Source: Chiloscyllium plagiosum (taxonomy: Eukaryota). From it: a stretch of DNA of 64,000 nucleotides. Position numbers and translations under genes: made by a program. Location of the stretch: assembly GCF_004010195.1 (NCBI RefSeq), contig NC_057719.1, positions 71,464,831 to 71,528,830 of the forward strand. The letters are read 5' to 3'. The notes under the pieces are model-generated. The model ran no database searches. It worked only from the letters and a program-made list of their open reading frames with translations, and had not been told where the DNA came from. The stretch's first letter is position 1; each line of letters opens with the position of its first letter. This document shows positions 13,100 through 26,039 of the stretch, piece after piece.

Positions 13100-16000
13100 T
13101 TTGTTTTATTCATTTGTGTGATTGGGGGTCGCTGGCTGGTCAGCATTTATTGCCCATCTCTAGTTGCCCTTGAGAAGGTGGTGATGAGCTGCCTTCTTGA
13201 ACCACTGCAGTTCACCTGCTGTGAGAAGACCCACAATGCCCATAAGGATGCAATTCCAGGATTTTGTCCCAGTGACAGTGAAGGAATTGTAATATATTTC
13301 CAAGTCAGGATGGTGCGTGGCTTTGAGGGTAATTTGAGTGGTGGTATTCCCATGTATTGCGGCCCTTGTCCTTCTGGTTGGAAGTGGTCGTGGGTGCTGT
13401 CTGAGGTGAATTTCTGCATTGCATCTTGTGAATAGTACACACTGCTGCTCCTGAGTGTTGGTGGTGGAGGGACTGGATGCTTGTGGATGTGGTGCCAATC
13501 AAGCAGGGTGCTTTGTCCTGGATGGTGTCAAGCTTCTTGAGTGTTGTTGGAGCTGCACCCATCCAGGAAAGTGGGGAATAATTCTGTCACACTCCTGACC
13601 TGAGCCTTGCTGATAATGGACATGCTTTGCTGAGTTGGGAGATGACAGAAGTATCCCTAGTGTCTGACCTGCTCTTGGAGACACTTTGTTTATGTGGTGA
13701 GTCCAGTTGAGTTTCTGGTCAATGATCACCCCAAGGATGTTGATAGTGGGGGATTCAGTGATGATAACGCCATTGAATTTCAAGGGGCGATGATTAGATT
13801 GTCTCTTATTGGCGATGGTCATAAGCCTGGCATTTGTGTGGTGTGAATGTTACTTGCCACTTGTCAGCACAAATCCGGATATTGTCCAGATTTTGAACAT
13901 GGATTGCTTTAGTGTCTGAGAAGTTACAAATCATCAGCAAAACATCCCCATTTCTGACCTTATGATGGAGGTGAAGTCATCGATGAAGCAGCTGAAGATG
14001 GTTGGGCCTAGAGACACTATCCTGAGGAACTCCTGCAGAGACGTCCTGGAGCTGAGATGACTGACCTCCAACAAGCACGACCATCTTCCTATGTGCCAGG
14101 TATGACTCCAACCACTGGATAATTTGCCCCCTGATACACTTGATTTCAGTTTTGCTCCTTGATGGCACATTCACCTCCCCTCTGGAATTCAGCTCTTTTG
14201 TCCATGGCTGAACCAAGGCTGTAATGAGGTCAGGAGCTGAGTGGCCCTGGCAGAACCCAAACTGGGTGTCACTGAGCCAGATATTGCCGAGTAGGTGCTC
14301 CTTGATAGCATTGTTAATGACACCTTCCATCACTTTACTGACGATCGAAATTAGAATAATAGGGCGGTAATAGACTGGGTTGGATTTGTCCTGCTTTTTA
14401 TGTACATGACATAGCTGGGCAAGTTTCCACATTGTCAGGTAGATGCCAGTGCTGTACCCAGACTGGAAAAACTTGGCTAAGGGAATGGAAAATTCTGGAG
14501 TGCAAGTCTTCAGTGCTGTTGCTGGAATGTTATCATAGCCTTTGCTGTATTGAATGCCTCCAACCATTGATTGATATCACATGGAGTGAATCAAATTGGC
14601 TGAAGACTGTTGTCTGTAATACTGGGGACCATTGGAGGAGGCTGAGATCGATCACCAACTCGGCGCTTGTGGCTGAAGGTTGCTGCGAAAGCTTCAGCTT
14701 TATCTATTGCAGTGGTGTGCTGGACCCTTCTGGGATGGGTATATTTGTGGAGCCTCCTCCTCAATTGTGTTGTTTAATAATTCACCACCATTCACAACAG
14801 GGTGTGGCAGGACTGCAGAGTTTAGATTCGATCCATTGGTTGTGGGATCACTTAGGTCTATCACTTGTTGCTTTGCTGTTTGGCGTGCAGGTAGTCCTGT
14901 TTGGTGGCTTCACCAGGTTGACATCACATCTTCAGGTTTGCCTAGTGCTGCCCCTGGCATTCCCTCCTGCATTGTCGATTGAACCAGGGTTAATCTCCTG
15001 TCTTGATGGTAATGGTTGAGTGGGGGCTATGCCGGGCCATAAGGTTCCAGATTGTGATGGAGTATTATTCTGCTGCAGTTGATGGCCCACAGCGCCTCAT
15101 GGATACCCATTCTGGAGTTGCTAGATCCATTCCAAGTCTGTCCCATTTAGCATGGTGATAGTATCACACAACACTTTGGAGGTTATTCTCAATGTAAAGG
15201 TGGGACTTCATCTCTACGAGGATTGTGCCGTGGCGACTCTTACTGATACTGTCATAGACAGATGCAGCTGCAGCTGGCAGATGGCTGAGGATGAGGTCAA
15301 GTGTGTTTTTCCCTCTTGCTGGTTTCCTCACCACTTGCTGTAGACCCAATCTAACAGCTGTGTCCTTTAGGAACCGACCAGCTCGATCAGTAGTACTGCT
15401 GCTGAGTCACTCTTGGTGGTGGGCATTGAAATCCCCAACCCAGAGTACATTTTGTGCCCTTGCCATCCTCACTGCTTCCTCCAAATATTGTTCAACGTGA
15501 AGGAGTCTCGCTCCATCAGCCGAGGGAGAATGGTGTGTGGTAACCAGCAGGAGGTTTCCTTGTTCATGTTTTTCCTTGTTCATGTTTAACCTGAAGCCAT
15601 GAGACTTCATGGGATCCAGAGTCAATGTTGAGGACTTCCAGGGCAACTCCCTCCCATCTGTATATTACTGTGCTGCCACCTCTGCTGGGTCTGTCCTGCC
15701 GGTGAACAGGTCATATCCAGGAATAGTGATGGTGGTGTCTCGGATGTTGTCTGTAAGGTATGATTCTGTAAGTATGACTATGTCAGGCTGTTGCTTGACA
15801 AGTTTGTTTAACAGCTCTCCTGATGTTGGTGCTAGCCCCCCAGATGTTAGTGAGGAGGACTCTGCAGAGTAAACAGGACTGTTCCTACCATTGTCTTTTC
15901 TGGTGCCAGGTCAATGCCAGGTGATCTGTCCAATTTCATTTATTTGTGACTTTGTAGCCATTTCAGAGGGCAACTGAGAATCAACCACTTTGCTGTGGGT

Positions 16001-16258
16001 CTGGAGTCATATATAGGCTAGACCAGATGAAGATGGTAGATTTCACTCCCTGAATGGCATTTGTGAACCAGATGGGTTTTTCAAACAACTGACAAGTATT
16101 TCATGGTCAGCAGTAAATTTTTAATTCCAGATTTCTTTTCAAATTGAATTCAAATTCCACCTTCTGTCATGGTAGTATTCAAACCTGGATCCTCAGAACA
16201 TTAGCTGAGCTTCTCGATTAATGGTATTGTGCTAGTACCACCACGGCATTGCCTTCCT
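13100..16258 (-). mobile_element. Near full-length, decayed family-B LINE (APE endonuclease and RT) with a tRNA-like 5' head
   Basis: Minus-strand order: head 16258-15960; APE motifs KQQPDIVILTESYL, GDFNAHHQE and RGKNTLDLIL; RT motifs PVYYRPIILISIVSKVMEG, QFGFCQGHSAPDL, GVPQDSV and GPTIFSCFIDD; 3' tail near 13100. Confidence 0.88.
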
Positions 16259-16629
16259 GGTATCTGTATCTGAAGACTACTTTGACCATTTAATTTTAAT
16301 TACATTTTACATTTAATTTAGAGTTCAAATCAGCTCTGTCTGCTCAGAAAGACAGAACAAGAATTCAGAGAATAAACATTAAGTCATTAGAAAATATCTA
16401 ATACCTCCTGAGTCCAGTGATGTTTCAGAAGGAGTTCAAACTGACTACACTGCACCAAACAGACTGTGCAGAATCTTCAAAGGGTTTGAGTGATTTGGGC
16501 TAATGTGAGGTAAGTGGCACCCCATATCTAGCAGGGCCCATCTCAATGTCAGGAGCATCCCACACCATCTTTTGTGGTTCTCACGAGCGGCATGGTGAGT
16601 CTTTCTCTAAGTGAGGTGCAAATTAGGTG

Positions 16630-17014
16630 AGATTAGATTAGATTAGATTAGATTAGATTAGATTACTTACAGTGTGGAAACAGGCCCTTCGGCCCAACAA
16701 GTCCACACTGACCCGCCGAAGCGTAACCCACCCATACCCCTACATTTACCCCTTTACCTAACACTACGGGCAATTTAGCAAGGCCAATTCACCTGACTTG
16801 CACATCTTTGGACTGTGGGAGGAAACCGGAGCCCCCAGAGGAAACCCACGCAGACACGGGGAGAACGTGCAAACTCCACACAGTCAGTCGCCTGAGTCGG
16901 GAATTGAACCCGGGTCTCTGGCGCTGCGAGGCAGCAGTGCTAACCACTGTGCCACCGTGCTGCCCATCACTGTGCCACCGTGCCGCCCATCCACTGTGCC
17001 ACCGTGCCGCCCAT
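16630..17014 (-). mobile_element. HE1-type tRNA-derived SINE, young, with triplicated 5' head
   Basis: Minus strand shows A box TGGCACAGTGG, B box GGTTCAATTCC, a V-domain-like core, a CR1-derived tail and a (TCTAA)n terminus at about 16630-16664. Confidence 0.92.
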
Positions 17015-19519
17015 AACGGCACGTTGAAAGGTTTGTTGACTGCCGAATCCACCTCTTCAGCCTTCTATCTTGCCAAATTTGCCAAATAAACTAGACATCA
17101 TGAAAAGACCACATGGAAACCAACGGAGGTACTTTATGGATTCCATATTCCAAACCACCTCTATGTTGGATACCAGGTACCAAGTGCTCAGGGCATGCTC
17201 CATGGGTGCTGGGCACACACACACAGCCCACATCAACAGGCATTGGCATCTGATAGCTGCCGATCTCTAAGAACCCCCATGGCACATCTCCATTCAACTG
17301 ATGCACATTAATGGGGCACCTTTGGCTGCACTGGCAACTATCATTATAATGGTGCCTCAACTGAATTCAGATCCAAAACAGAGTAAGGTAACAATGTACT
17401 ATATTATCCACAGCAACATTCAGCAGCTTTTACTCCTTTACAAGTTTCTATTCTACTAAGGAAATGGTACAATTGTGATGGAAAGACACTCAAGAGTTTC
17501 AGAAAAGGTAGTAGTGATAGACACACACCAGATAAGAAGTCATTCACATCTTTATTTATTTTACGATAAATTATCACTAACCACCTTATTTTTTAAATCT
17601 GTGGAGTGGAGCTGAATCTATATTTTTTTTTCTTTAGAATGAAAATGCTATCATACAAAATACATGTAATCTCTGAAGTGAACACCAGCCGTGCAAACAG
17701 ATATCAACAGAAAGCATCCCGCACTACCCACAATGGACAACTTCATACATGGCACTTGTGGAGGCTTATGCCTTCCCACAACTGAGTTGTTCCGCCACCA
17801 AAAGGTGTGCAGTGAATGATCTCATTTCACCTCATTAAAGTTCTGAGACGGCATTCGCATTATCTCTCACAGATGGAAGGTTGCCAACCATACTGATGAT
17901 CTTTAATAAAAAAGAAATGAGTCTTGCAGCATTCCTTCACAAGCAACCCCTTTAACAACACTTTCCAAACATATACTCAGGTTCAGAAAACAACCCTCTC
18001 CACTTCTTATATATTAATGATTCAAAATGGCGAGGGTAAAGGGTTAAAGGTCCATGCCAGCTGCTGATATAGTGCGATTTTATTTTACATTTATTTATCC
18101 CACAGACATTTTTACAGGTTTTTAAAGGCGTTCTTTTCAACAGCTGCTTTTATTTTGTTGTAAACACAAACCTCTTATGTCTAATCCCATGAGTCTCCCA
18201 ATAGGAAACATTAAACATTCAGTGCAAATTACAAATACGTTCGAAGATTTAATTAAACTGGATACACAGCACACAATATTTTTTTTGCTATCAAAACTAA
18301 TAGGTTTGTTGTGCGTAATGTATATAGTTTCCAGAATGGCTCAAATATCTAATCACAAATATAATGACAGTAATTGCAATGCTCATCAATATATACAGTC
18401 AATCCCTAGAAGATGTTTCCTGTGTCCCAGTTCCTTGTGTAATTTGCTGTAATATTGCTAGACATATGTTGCAATTTCTGTTGAACTGTGTTGAAATAGC
18501 AATTGCTGCATTACCTCAAAGGAAATAATTGCTATTCAGGTGGAGACACAAACATCCAAAATCAGTGGATTTAAAAAGCGGAGAGAAAGAGTGGTGTTCG
18601 TTTATTTTAAGATGAAAAGATTTATATGCAAAAGAAAAGTCACACTGCACCTGCTGATCTCATTCCACACTGAACAGTGGATAGACTAACAGTGCTGCAA
18701 CTAGATTCCAAATACTGCACTGTGGTAAGTGACTTAAAATACCTTGGTTCTCCATGTCCTGTGGTGACAAAAGCCAGTGCCACTAGCCATATCTCCATGA
18801 TACTATCACTCCTAATCTTAGCACAAGTATAGATCTATTGTTATTGCTGAACAGTAATTTACCTTTTATAAAGCAGCTACATCTTTTTTCATCTGTTAAA
18901 TTCAAAACTTATTTTTACAAGCCTTCTCTTGTTGCAATTAAGAGAGTGAATTAAGGTTTTATGTGCTTGGGAGTTAGAGACTCTCACTGGATATCAACTT
19001 AATATGTTATGCTAATTGTACATGCATGGTACTCTCACGGTACATTCAAGGCACATTCACAATATATTAATGCAGGTTTCATGGGACGTTCATGATCTGA
19101 ATACACTAGGGACTGAATATTCACAGACTGTTCCCTCAAGTCAGTAACAGGGATTGATGAGGTCATGACATTAGCTGGTCCCAACACTGCCAATAGTGAA
19201 CAGGAAGAGCAGGATAGGAATCACCGTCTCCTCCAACTGGATCAAATCCAATCAGTTAATAGGGTCTCAAACAAACTTGGAGTTAAAACAAAGTGCAGGA
19301 GAAACTCAACAGGTCAGGCAGCGTCTTGCGGAGCGAGAAGCAGAGTTAACAATTTGACTCCAATATGACTCGTCTTCAGAATGGACAATTCCCCATTCAC
19401 TAAGTGTTCCTTTCCCTTTGTCACCGAACAACATAGTGTCTCTTGACCCAATACAAAATAAAAGCCAAAGACAAAGTAAGCATTCAAAATCAAATTAGCT
19501 AATGAAATCATGTCATATT

Positions 19520-20200
19520 GAACACAGATATTAACATATCCCTCTTGTACGTTCTCTTTGCCTGACTTTGCCTGTCACAGTGCTCCAACACAGTTATAGG
19601 GGGCTTTGCCTTTCACCCGAGCTGTTGCTGAATGGCTGGTTTTCAGTGAAGGAGGACACGGATGGCTTTGCAAGAAAACCTCAGCAGCTCTCTTCACGAA
19701 GGCAGAGTTGTGCACTGTACCAGAAAACAGGAGCACTGGAGAACTGAGAGTGCTGGGAGGATCTCTGCTTTTATTTCATCACAGAATACTACCGTTTCAT
19801 TTTTCATGATACCATGGCCAGTCTTTCCCATGCAAGTGAAAGTGAAGCCCTTGTGAAAGCATTGGGAGTACAGATTGTTGGATTGTTGTAACCCCCTGTA
19901 TGCCCCTTTCAACACTGGGAACGGAAACTGTGATGACTGCATTCAGAACTTGCATAAGTACAGCCCAAGCTTCCATTGTAGTACTCAGATGTTGGGTGGC
20001 TTGGGCTTGTCCTGCCATAAAAACTGATCCACTGCCTCATGATTGGGTGTTCAAGATATATTCAGTGAATTGACCAACACCTCTACCTTGCAAAGAATGG
20101 GCTTCAGTTGATACTGGGTTCGTTCAAGATCATCAACATTGATTACAGGCTTTCTTCATAAGTGCAGACACTCAATAGTGTAGTTAGTGCTAGCTCCATG
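19520..20200 (-). mobile_element. Possible remnant of a Harbinger-associated accessory ORF
   Basis: The peptide AGQAQATQHLSTTMEA...SVERGIQGVTTIQQSV resembles repeat-derived shark ORFs that I associate with Harbinger accessory genes. No catalytic motif is visible; recognised from memory only. Confidence 0.35.
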
Positions 20201-20222
20201 CTACCTACCATCATTTAAATTA

Positions 20223-20428
20223 CCCATGATGTAGAGGAGCCGGTGTTGGACTGGGGTGGACAAAGTTAAAAATCACATAACACCAGGTTATAGTCCAACA
20301 GGTTTATTTGGAAGCACTAGCTTTCTGAGCGCAGCTCTGAAACTACTTGATGAAGGAGCAGCACTCCGAAAGCTAGTACTTCCAAATAAACCTGTTGGAC
20401 TATAACCTGGTTTTGTGTGATTTTCAGT
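20223..20428. mobile_element. Palindromic PLE-derived element (family P2) with a hammerhead-like core
   Basis: Inverted arms (aaaatcac...ccaggttatagtccaacaggtttatttggaag and its reverse complement); TSD atttaaatta at 20213-20222 and 20429-20438. Confidence 0.85.
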
Positions 20429-21279
20429 ATTTAAATTAGAATACAGCTCAAGATTTATATGCTGCCTGCAATTAAGTAATCATGCTTCATCATCCACATA
20501 TTGGTTTCTGGGTTATTGAAATTTGTGGCCACAATCTTAATTTAAGTTTAAAATGTGTTCCTTTTTATTTTTAAAATGAAAAGACAAACACAATCAGTCT
20601 ATTGCGAAACTGCAACCTGCTTCAATAGAGTAATGAGTCACTTCCTTTATGAAATGGGCTTTTGTTTACAATTTTAATTTTGTTTTATTTTCCCAATGTA
20701 TTTTTCAACAAATTAACTGATTGTAGTAAAAATATTTTGGAAGTAACTTACTTCACTTGTCAAGAAGAATGGCATTTTGGCAGTATATGTACATGTTTGT
20801 TAGGAATAACAAATAAAACTCTCAACAATTTACAATCTCTCGTTAACAGTGATAGGTGCAGACTACAGAAGAAGAAATTCATGAACAATGAGGTCAGATC
20901 ACACATTGGTTAAATTAATACAAGACAAAGAAATGTGTATGTTGGAAATCTGAAATAAAACAAAGTTCTGGGGACATTCAACAAGTCTGACAGTATTGTG
21001 GGGAGCAAAACAGAGTTTACTTTTCAAGCCCAATGATCCTTCATCAGAACATTATGCAATTTGTTCCCAGAAGTATAAATCTTTATGGGGTTTTGGTGAC
21101 TTTAATTTAATTAGGAGCAATGACTAGAAGAATTAAAAATAACTTAAAGCACCAATAAGAATTTAACATTTTTGTAAATAACTTAAATAAAAAGATAATA
21201 ATTTAGTTTCTGAATTTTAGTTTTTCTCTAACGTAGGATGGCAATCTCTTTGCATTAACAGGTGAGGTACAGCAAATAG

Positions 21280-21484
21280 GAGAAAGTGAGGACTGCAGAT
21301 GCTGGAGATCAGAGCTGAAAATGTGTTGCTGGAAAAGCACAGCAGGTCAGGCAGCATCCAAGGAGCAGGAGAATCGATGTTTCAGGCATGACCCTTCCTG
21401 AAGAAGGGCTCATGCCCAAAACGTCAATTCTCCTGCTCCTTGGATGCTGCCTGACCTGCTGTGCTTTTCCAGCAACACATTTTC
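21280..21484. mobile_element. Palindromic PLE-derived element (family P1)
   Basis: Inverted arms of roughly 80 bp (ctgaaaatgtgttgctggaaaagcacagc... and ...gctgtgcttttccagcaacacattttcag); 15-bp TSD aggtacagcaaatag at 21265-21279 and 21485-21499. Confidence 0.9.
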
Positions 21485-21984
21485 AGGTACAGCAAATAGT
21501 CATTTTTTTTACTTTACTTTGCAATTTACCCTTTACATAATATAGCCAATATCTCAAAGTCCCAAAACACCATGCTTAAAAATAAGAATGAGCTGAGTAA
21601 ATATGTATGATAAAGTAACAATTTTGAGGCAAAATAAAATTAACAAGACAATATTATGAACGTTATTGAAAACAATGTTAAGTAAGCAATTGTGTTTAAA
21701 TGTATTTTACAAATCATTTGATTTGGTTATGTAATGTTGAAAATTGCTTTGAAGTTATTTAAACATTTCATTTTAGCCATTAATTTTACAATAATTGAAG
21801 AGTGAGAGACAGCATATTTGTGACATCTAGTTGTGTAATATGCACCTTACAATTGTTAAATTCAAAGAATAAGCTTTCAACATATTGCTGGGGGAATTGT
21901 TAACAAATCTTCAGTGAAGGAAAGCTGAAATTCCTTTCAAGGCATATTCCAAAGCACATAAGATGAATGCTTTCCTTCTGGTTA

Positions 21985-22640
21985 GAATCAGTGACATTCA
22001 CTACAGTAATTAACATCCATAAAAATGTGATATTCAGCGAACTGACATCAGCATTTCAGTGACATTTATTCTGTAAATGTTAACGTTTCAGTGACATTGG
22101 ACAACATTAGTGTTTAAATGGCGTTTTGCAGCATTGCTCGCATTTTAATGATGTGCATTGGAAATAACCACAATATTTCAATGACAGTTATTGGGGCTAA
22201 TGCTAGTTTTAACATTTTATTGCACTAATGTTAGTATTTCAGGATTACTCATTGAGTTAACAACATTTTAATATCATCTTTTTGGCCAACACCAGCATTT
22301 TAGTAACATCTATTCAGTTAACGTTCGCATTGCATTGACATTTACTGGATTAATGGCTATATCCCTGTGCTTTTCCTGAAGCTAATACTAGCATTTTTGT
22401 GATACTTGTTATGGTAAGGTTATTGACAACTCAGTGACATGGAGCTAATGCTTGTACTTCAGTGAAATATACTTAGTTAATCTTGTATTCCAGTGCTACT
22501 TATTCAGATAATATTTCAATGAAGTCCATTGTGATATTCTTAGTAAATCACAGTAAAATTCACTTAATTGTCATTGATCTACTAATATTGTTCACTGGGT
22601 TAACATTAGGATTTTCAGTCACATTCATTAGTTGAGTGGA
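21985..22640. repeat. Degenerate 32-bp minisatellite (block 1)
   Basis: Units of about tttcagtgacattcactggattaatgttagca recur at 32-nt spacing, e.g. starts at 22054 and 22086, and three consecutive 32-mers from about 22298. Confidence 0.8.
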
Positions 22641-23107
22641 ACTCATGAGAGAAGTAGTCACTTGACACTTAAGACCACAAGTATTATTGAAAACATTAGA
22701 ATACTGTTGAAGCTTTTGATCTTGCACACATCAGGACAGATACATGAATACCAAATTGCATAGAGAGCAACAATGTCTATTGTATGAGAAAAGGTTGCTG
22801 ATTGATTGGCAAGCCAACTCTGACTAATTGGGACATTGCCATAGCAAATGGATTAGGGAACCGTGATCCTCCATATTTTTGTTTATACAATAGGACTGGT
22901 GAATTGTGTGAGAAAACTTGCTGGAGCCCATAGTTAGAAACCCTCCATGAAATTAACCCATTTAATTTTTAATAAAATTCAGCCCGATGTTCCTTTTTGG
23001 AGTAGGGAAGTGGATACATTGTAAGACAGAGTAGCACAAGAGGTTTTGAATTGAGAACAAACTTTTTTGAATTGGTTAGAGAACTGTGAATGCAGTGCAA
23101 CTTGCAC

Positions 23108-23680
23108 ACATAGAAACATCAAAGATAGAAGCAGGAGAAGGCCATTCGGCCCTCCGAGCCTGCTCCGCCATTCATCACACTCATGGCCGATCATCTAACT
23201 CAATACTTAGTCCTGTTTTCACCCCATAACCTTTGGTCACATTCACCACAAGTGCTATAACTAGCCGCCCCTTGAATTCATTCACTATCTTGGCATCAAC
23301 TACTTCATGTGGTAATGAATTCCAAAGGCCCACCACTCTTTGGGTGAAGAAATGTTTCCTCATCTCCGTCCTAAATGGTCCACCCAAATTCTCAGACTGT
23401 AACCCCGGTTCAGGGCGCACCCACCATCGGTAATATCCTCCCTGTATCTACCCTGTCTAGTCTTTGAGATTCCCCTCACTCATCTGACCTCCAGGGAAAA
23501 CAATTCTAACCTCGTCAATCTCTCCTCATGGATCAGTCCTGCCATCCCTGGAATCAGCCTGGTAAACCTTTTCTGCACTCCCTTGAGAGCAAGAGCATCC
23601 TTCCTCAGAAAAGGAGACCAAACTTGGACACAATATTCGAGGTGTGGCCTCACCAAAACCCTGTATAACTGCAACAACAC
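23108..23680 (-). mobile_element. CR1 LINE 3' fragment
   Basis: LQLYRVLVRPHLEYCVQVWSPFLRKD and FRTEMRKHFFTQRVVGLWNSLP; CR1 tail near 23110. Confidence 0.9.
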
Positions 23681-24047
23681 AAAGAGTATCTCTTGTCACT
23701 TCTCTTTGTGATTGAAAAGACAAAAAAATCCCTGAGAAACAGTAAAATTAAAGAGTTCTTCTATTGATGAAGACCTAGGTTCACTTGCTCAGCTATTGAA
23801 TCAAAAATCGACCATCACCATACAGACAATGTCACATCACCATCACTTAAAAGAATCAAAAGTACTGTGAAAATCAACTCATCCCACCCCTGTGCTCTGA
23901 ACTTTCTTCCACAGAATTTGTGTTCTCTTTCTATTTTTTTAACTCGTAATATTTATGTGAGACCATTTTTTTCCCCATCTTATTCAGGAATTAATGTGTC
24001 ATAATGTGATACAGCATGGAAACAGATCCTTCCATCTAATTTTTTTT

Positions 24048-24354
24048 TTAGATTACTTCCAGTGTGGAAACAGGCCCTTCGGCCCAACAAGTCCACACCG
24101 ACCCGCCGAAGCGCAACCCACCCATACCCCTACATTTACCACTGCCCCTAACACTACGGGCAATTTAGCATGGCCAATTCACCTAACTTGCACATTTTTG
24201 GACTGTGGGAGGAAACCGGAGCATCCGGAGCACCCGGAGCAGACACAGGGAGAATGTGCAAACTCCACACAGTCAGTCGCCTGAGGCGGGAATTGAACCC
24301 AGGTCTCTGGCGCTGTGAGGCAGCAGTGCTAACCACTGTGTCACTGTACCACCC
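24048..24354 (-). mobile_element. HE1-type SINE inserted in the tail of a CR1
   Basis: Highly similar to the 16630 copy, with an internal ccggagca duplication. The CR1 tail resumes at about 24355. Confidence 0.9.
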
Positions 24355-24414
24355 ATGCTAACCATGTTTCCCAAACTAAACTAGTCCCATTTGCCTGCAT
24401 TTGCCCCATATCCC

Positions 24415-24697
24415 AATATATTTGCACCAATCAACCATACCACCCTGTGGCCCAAATTTTCAACTCCCCCTTCCACTCTGCCGAGGACATGGAGGTCCTG
24501 GGCCTCCTTCACNNNNNNNNNNNNNNNNNNNNNNNNNNNNNNNNNNNNNNNNNNNNNNNNNNNNNNNNNNNNNNNNNNNNNNNNNNNNNNNNNNNNNNNN
24601 NNNNNNNNNNNNNNNNNNNNNNNNNNNNNNNNNNNTGCTTTTCCAGCACCACTAATCCAGAATCTGGTTTCCAGCATCTGCAGTCATTGTTTTTACC
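24415..24697 (+). mobile_element. PLE 3' fragment spanning an assembly gap
   Basis: AQIFNSPFHSAEDMEVLGLLH (C-terminal part of the GIY-YIG region) followed by the PLE terminus cttttccagcaccactaatccagaatctgg. Confidence 0.8.
24513..24635. other. Assembly gap (N run)
   Basis: 123 consecutive n. Confidence 1.
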
Positions 24698-24699
24698 TA

Positions 24700-25285
24700 T
24701 ATCTCTCTAAATCTTTCCTATTCATGTACCTGTCCCAAATGTCTTTTAAATGTTATAACTGTATCTGCATCTACCACCTCCTCTGACAGTTCATTCCACA
24801 TATGAACCACCCTCTGTGTAAAAAAGTTGCCCCTCGAATCCCTTTTAAATCTTTCTCCTCTCACTTTAAAACAACACCCTCTAGGGTTGAATTTCCCAAC
24901 CCTACAGAAAAGACCTTTGCTTTTACCTTATCTATGCCCCTCATCATTTTATAAACCTCTGTAGAGTCACCTCTCAACGTCCTACACTCCACTGAAAAAG
25001 TCCCAGCTTATTCAGCCTCTCCTTATAACTCAAACCCTCCAGTCCTGTAATACCCCTGTAAATCGTTTCTGCACCCACTCCAATTTATTAATATATTTCT
25101 TAAAACCAGATGACCAGAACTGCACACAGTACTCCAAATGTGGCCTCACCGACATCCTGTACAACCTCAACATGATGTTCCAACACTTATACTCTCTGGT
25201 CTGAGCAATGAAGGCAAGTGTGCCAAACACCTTCTTTACCACTCTGTCCACTTGTGATGAAACTTTCAATGAACTATGTACCTGT
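24700..25285 (-). mobile_element. CR1 LINE 3' fragment
   Basis: QVDRVVKKVFGTLAFI...VRPHLEYCVQFWS...LEWVQKRFT. Confidence 0.9.
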
Positions 25286-26039
25286 ATTTCTTAAGCTAAA
25301 ACTAATAGTTCAGTGGAGTTTTCTACCTAGTTAGTGCTAATATTTATTTGGCATTCACTGATTCTCATTTCAATAAATTTCACCTAATTGATGTAAACAT
25401 TTCCGTGACATTCATGAATATTTAATGAACTAATGTGAGTATTTCAAGTATAATGGTTTGTATTTATATCATGTTTTACCATAAAAATATCGAAGTAGAA
25501 GCATTTTTGGTAACGGTAGAGAGATTTCCAGCTCAGTTTTGTGTAAAAGTTAATGAGAACATATTTCATTTTGTGCAATGGTTAGGGTTGGGTTAGGTTC
25601 AGCATCAGAAAAGAGATGGCTGAAAATTAAGTTGGAGAAAGCGGTGGTTTTTCCATCATCTCATGTCTGTCAACATGGAGTTGTCATTTGACATCCATTT
25701 GGCAAACTTCAAAACAGCTGTGATATTTAGAGTTAACACTATATCAGTGATATACTCTGGTTAGTTATATAATTGTGTGGTCAATTAGCTGAGTTGGCTA
25801 TTATGTGATTCAGAACAGCATGGGTTTGGTCCCCATTCTTGTTGAAGCAGACTTGTGACCTATCCTCTCACACTACCCCTGGGACTTGAAGACAATGAGA
25901 AAGCATCTCTGTCAAACACTGCAAAGAAAAAGCTCAGCACAGAGCAGACAATGAGCCAATGACCTGACTTCAGATAAAGTGTACATAAATGAATGCATTG
26001 GCTAATGGGGAGCATTACTCAAAGGGATGATGGTGGATA

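Noticed and set aside
16900..16965. tRNA gene
   Set aside because: The A and B boxes belong to an HE1 SINE head followed by SINE body; there is no complete cloverleaf.
17050..17370. Coding-looking GC-balanced stretch
   Set aside because: I recognise no protein motif or usable splice sites; it is probably an unidentified repeat remnant.
18515..18546. Candidate for the SPVSPGFE microexon (ends TTTGAG|gtaatg, with TCTCCA upstream)
   Set aside because: The nearest AG gives 17 nt and the TCTCCA-to-GAG span is 32 nt; neither keeps frame, and a 24-nt version begins with a stop codon.
21985..22640. CRISPR-like periodicity
   Set aside because: The units are contiguous degenerate tandem repeats with no constant repeat plus unique spacer structure, the context is eukaryotic, and no cas genes are present.
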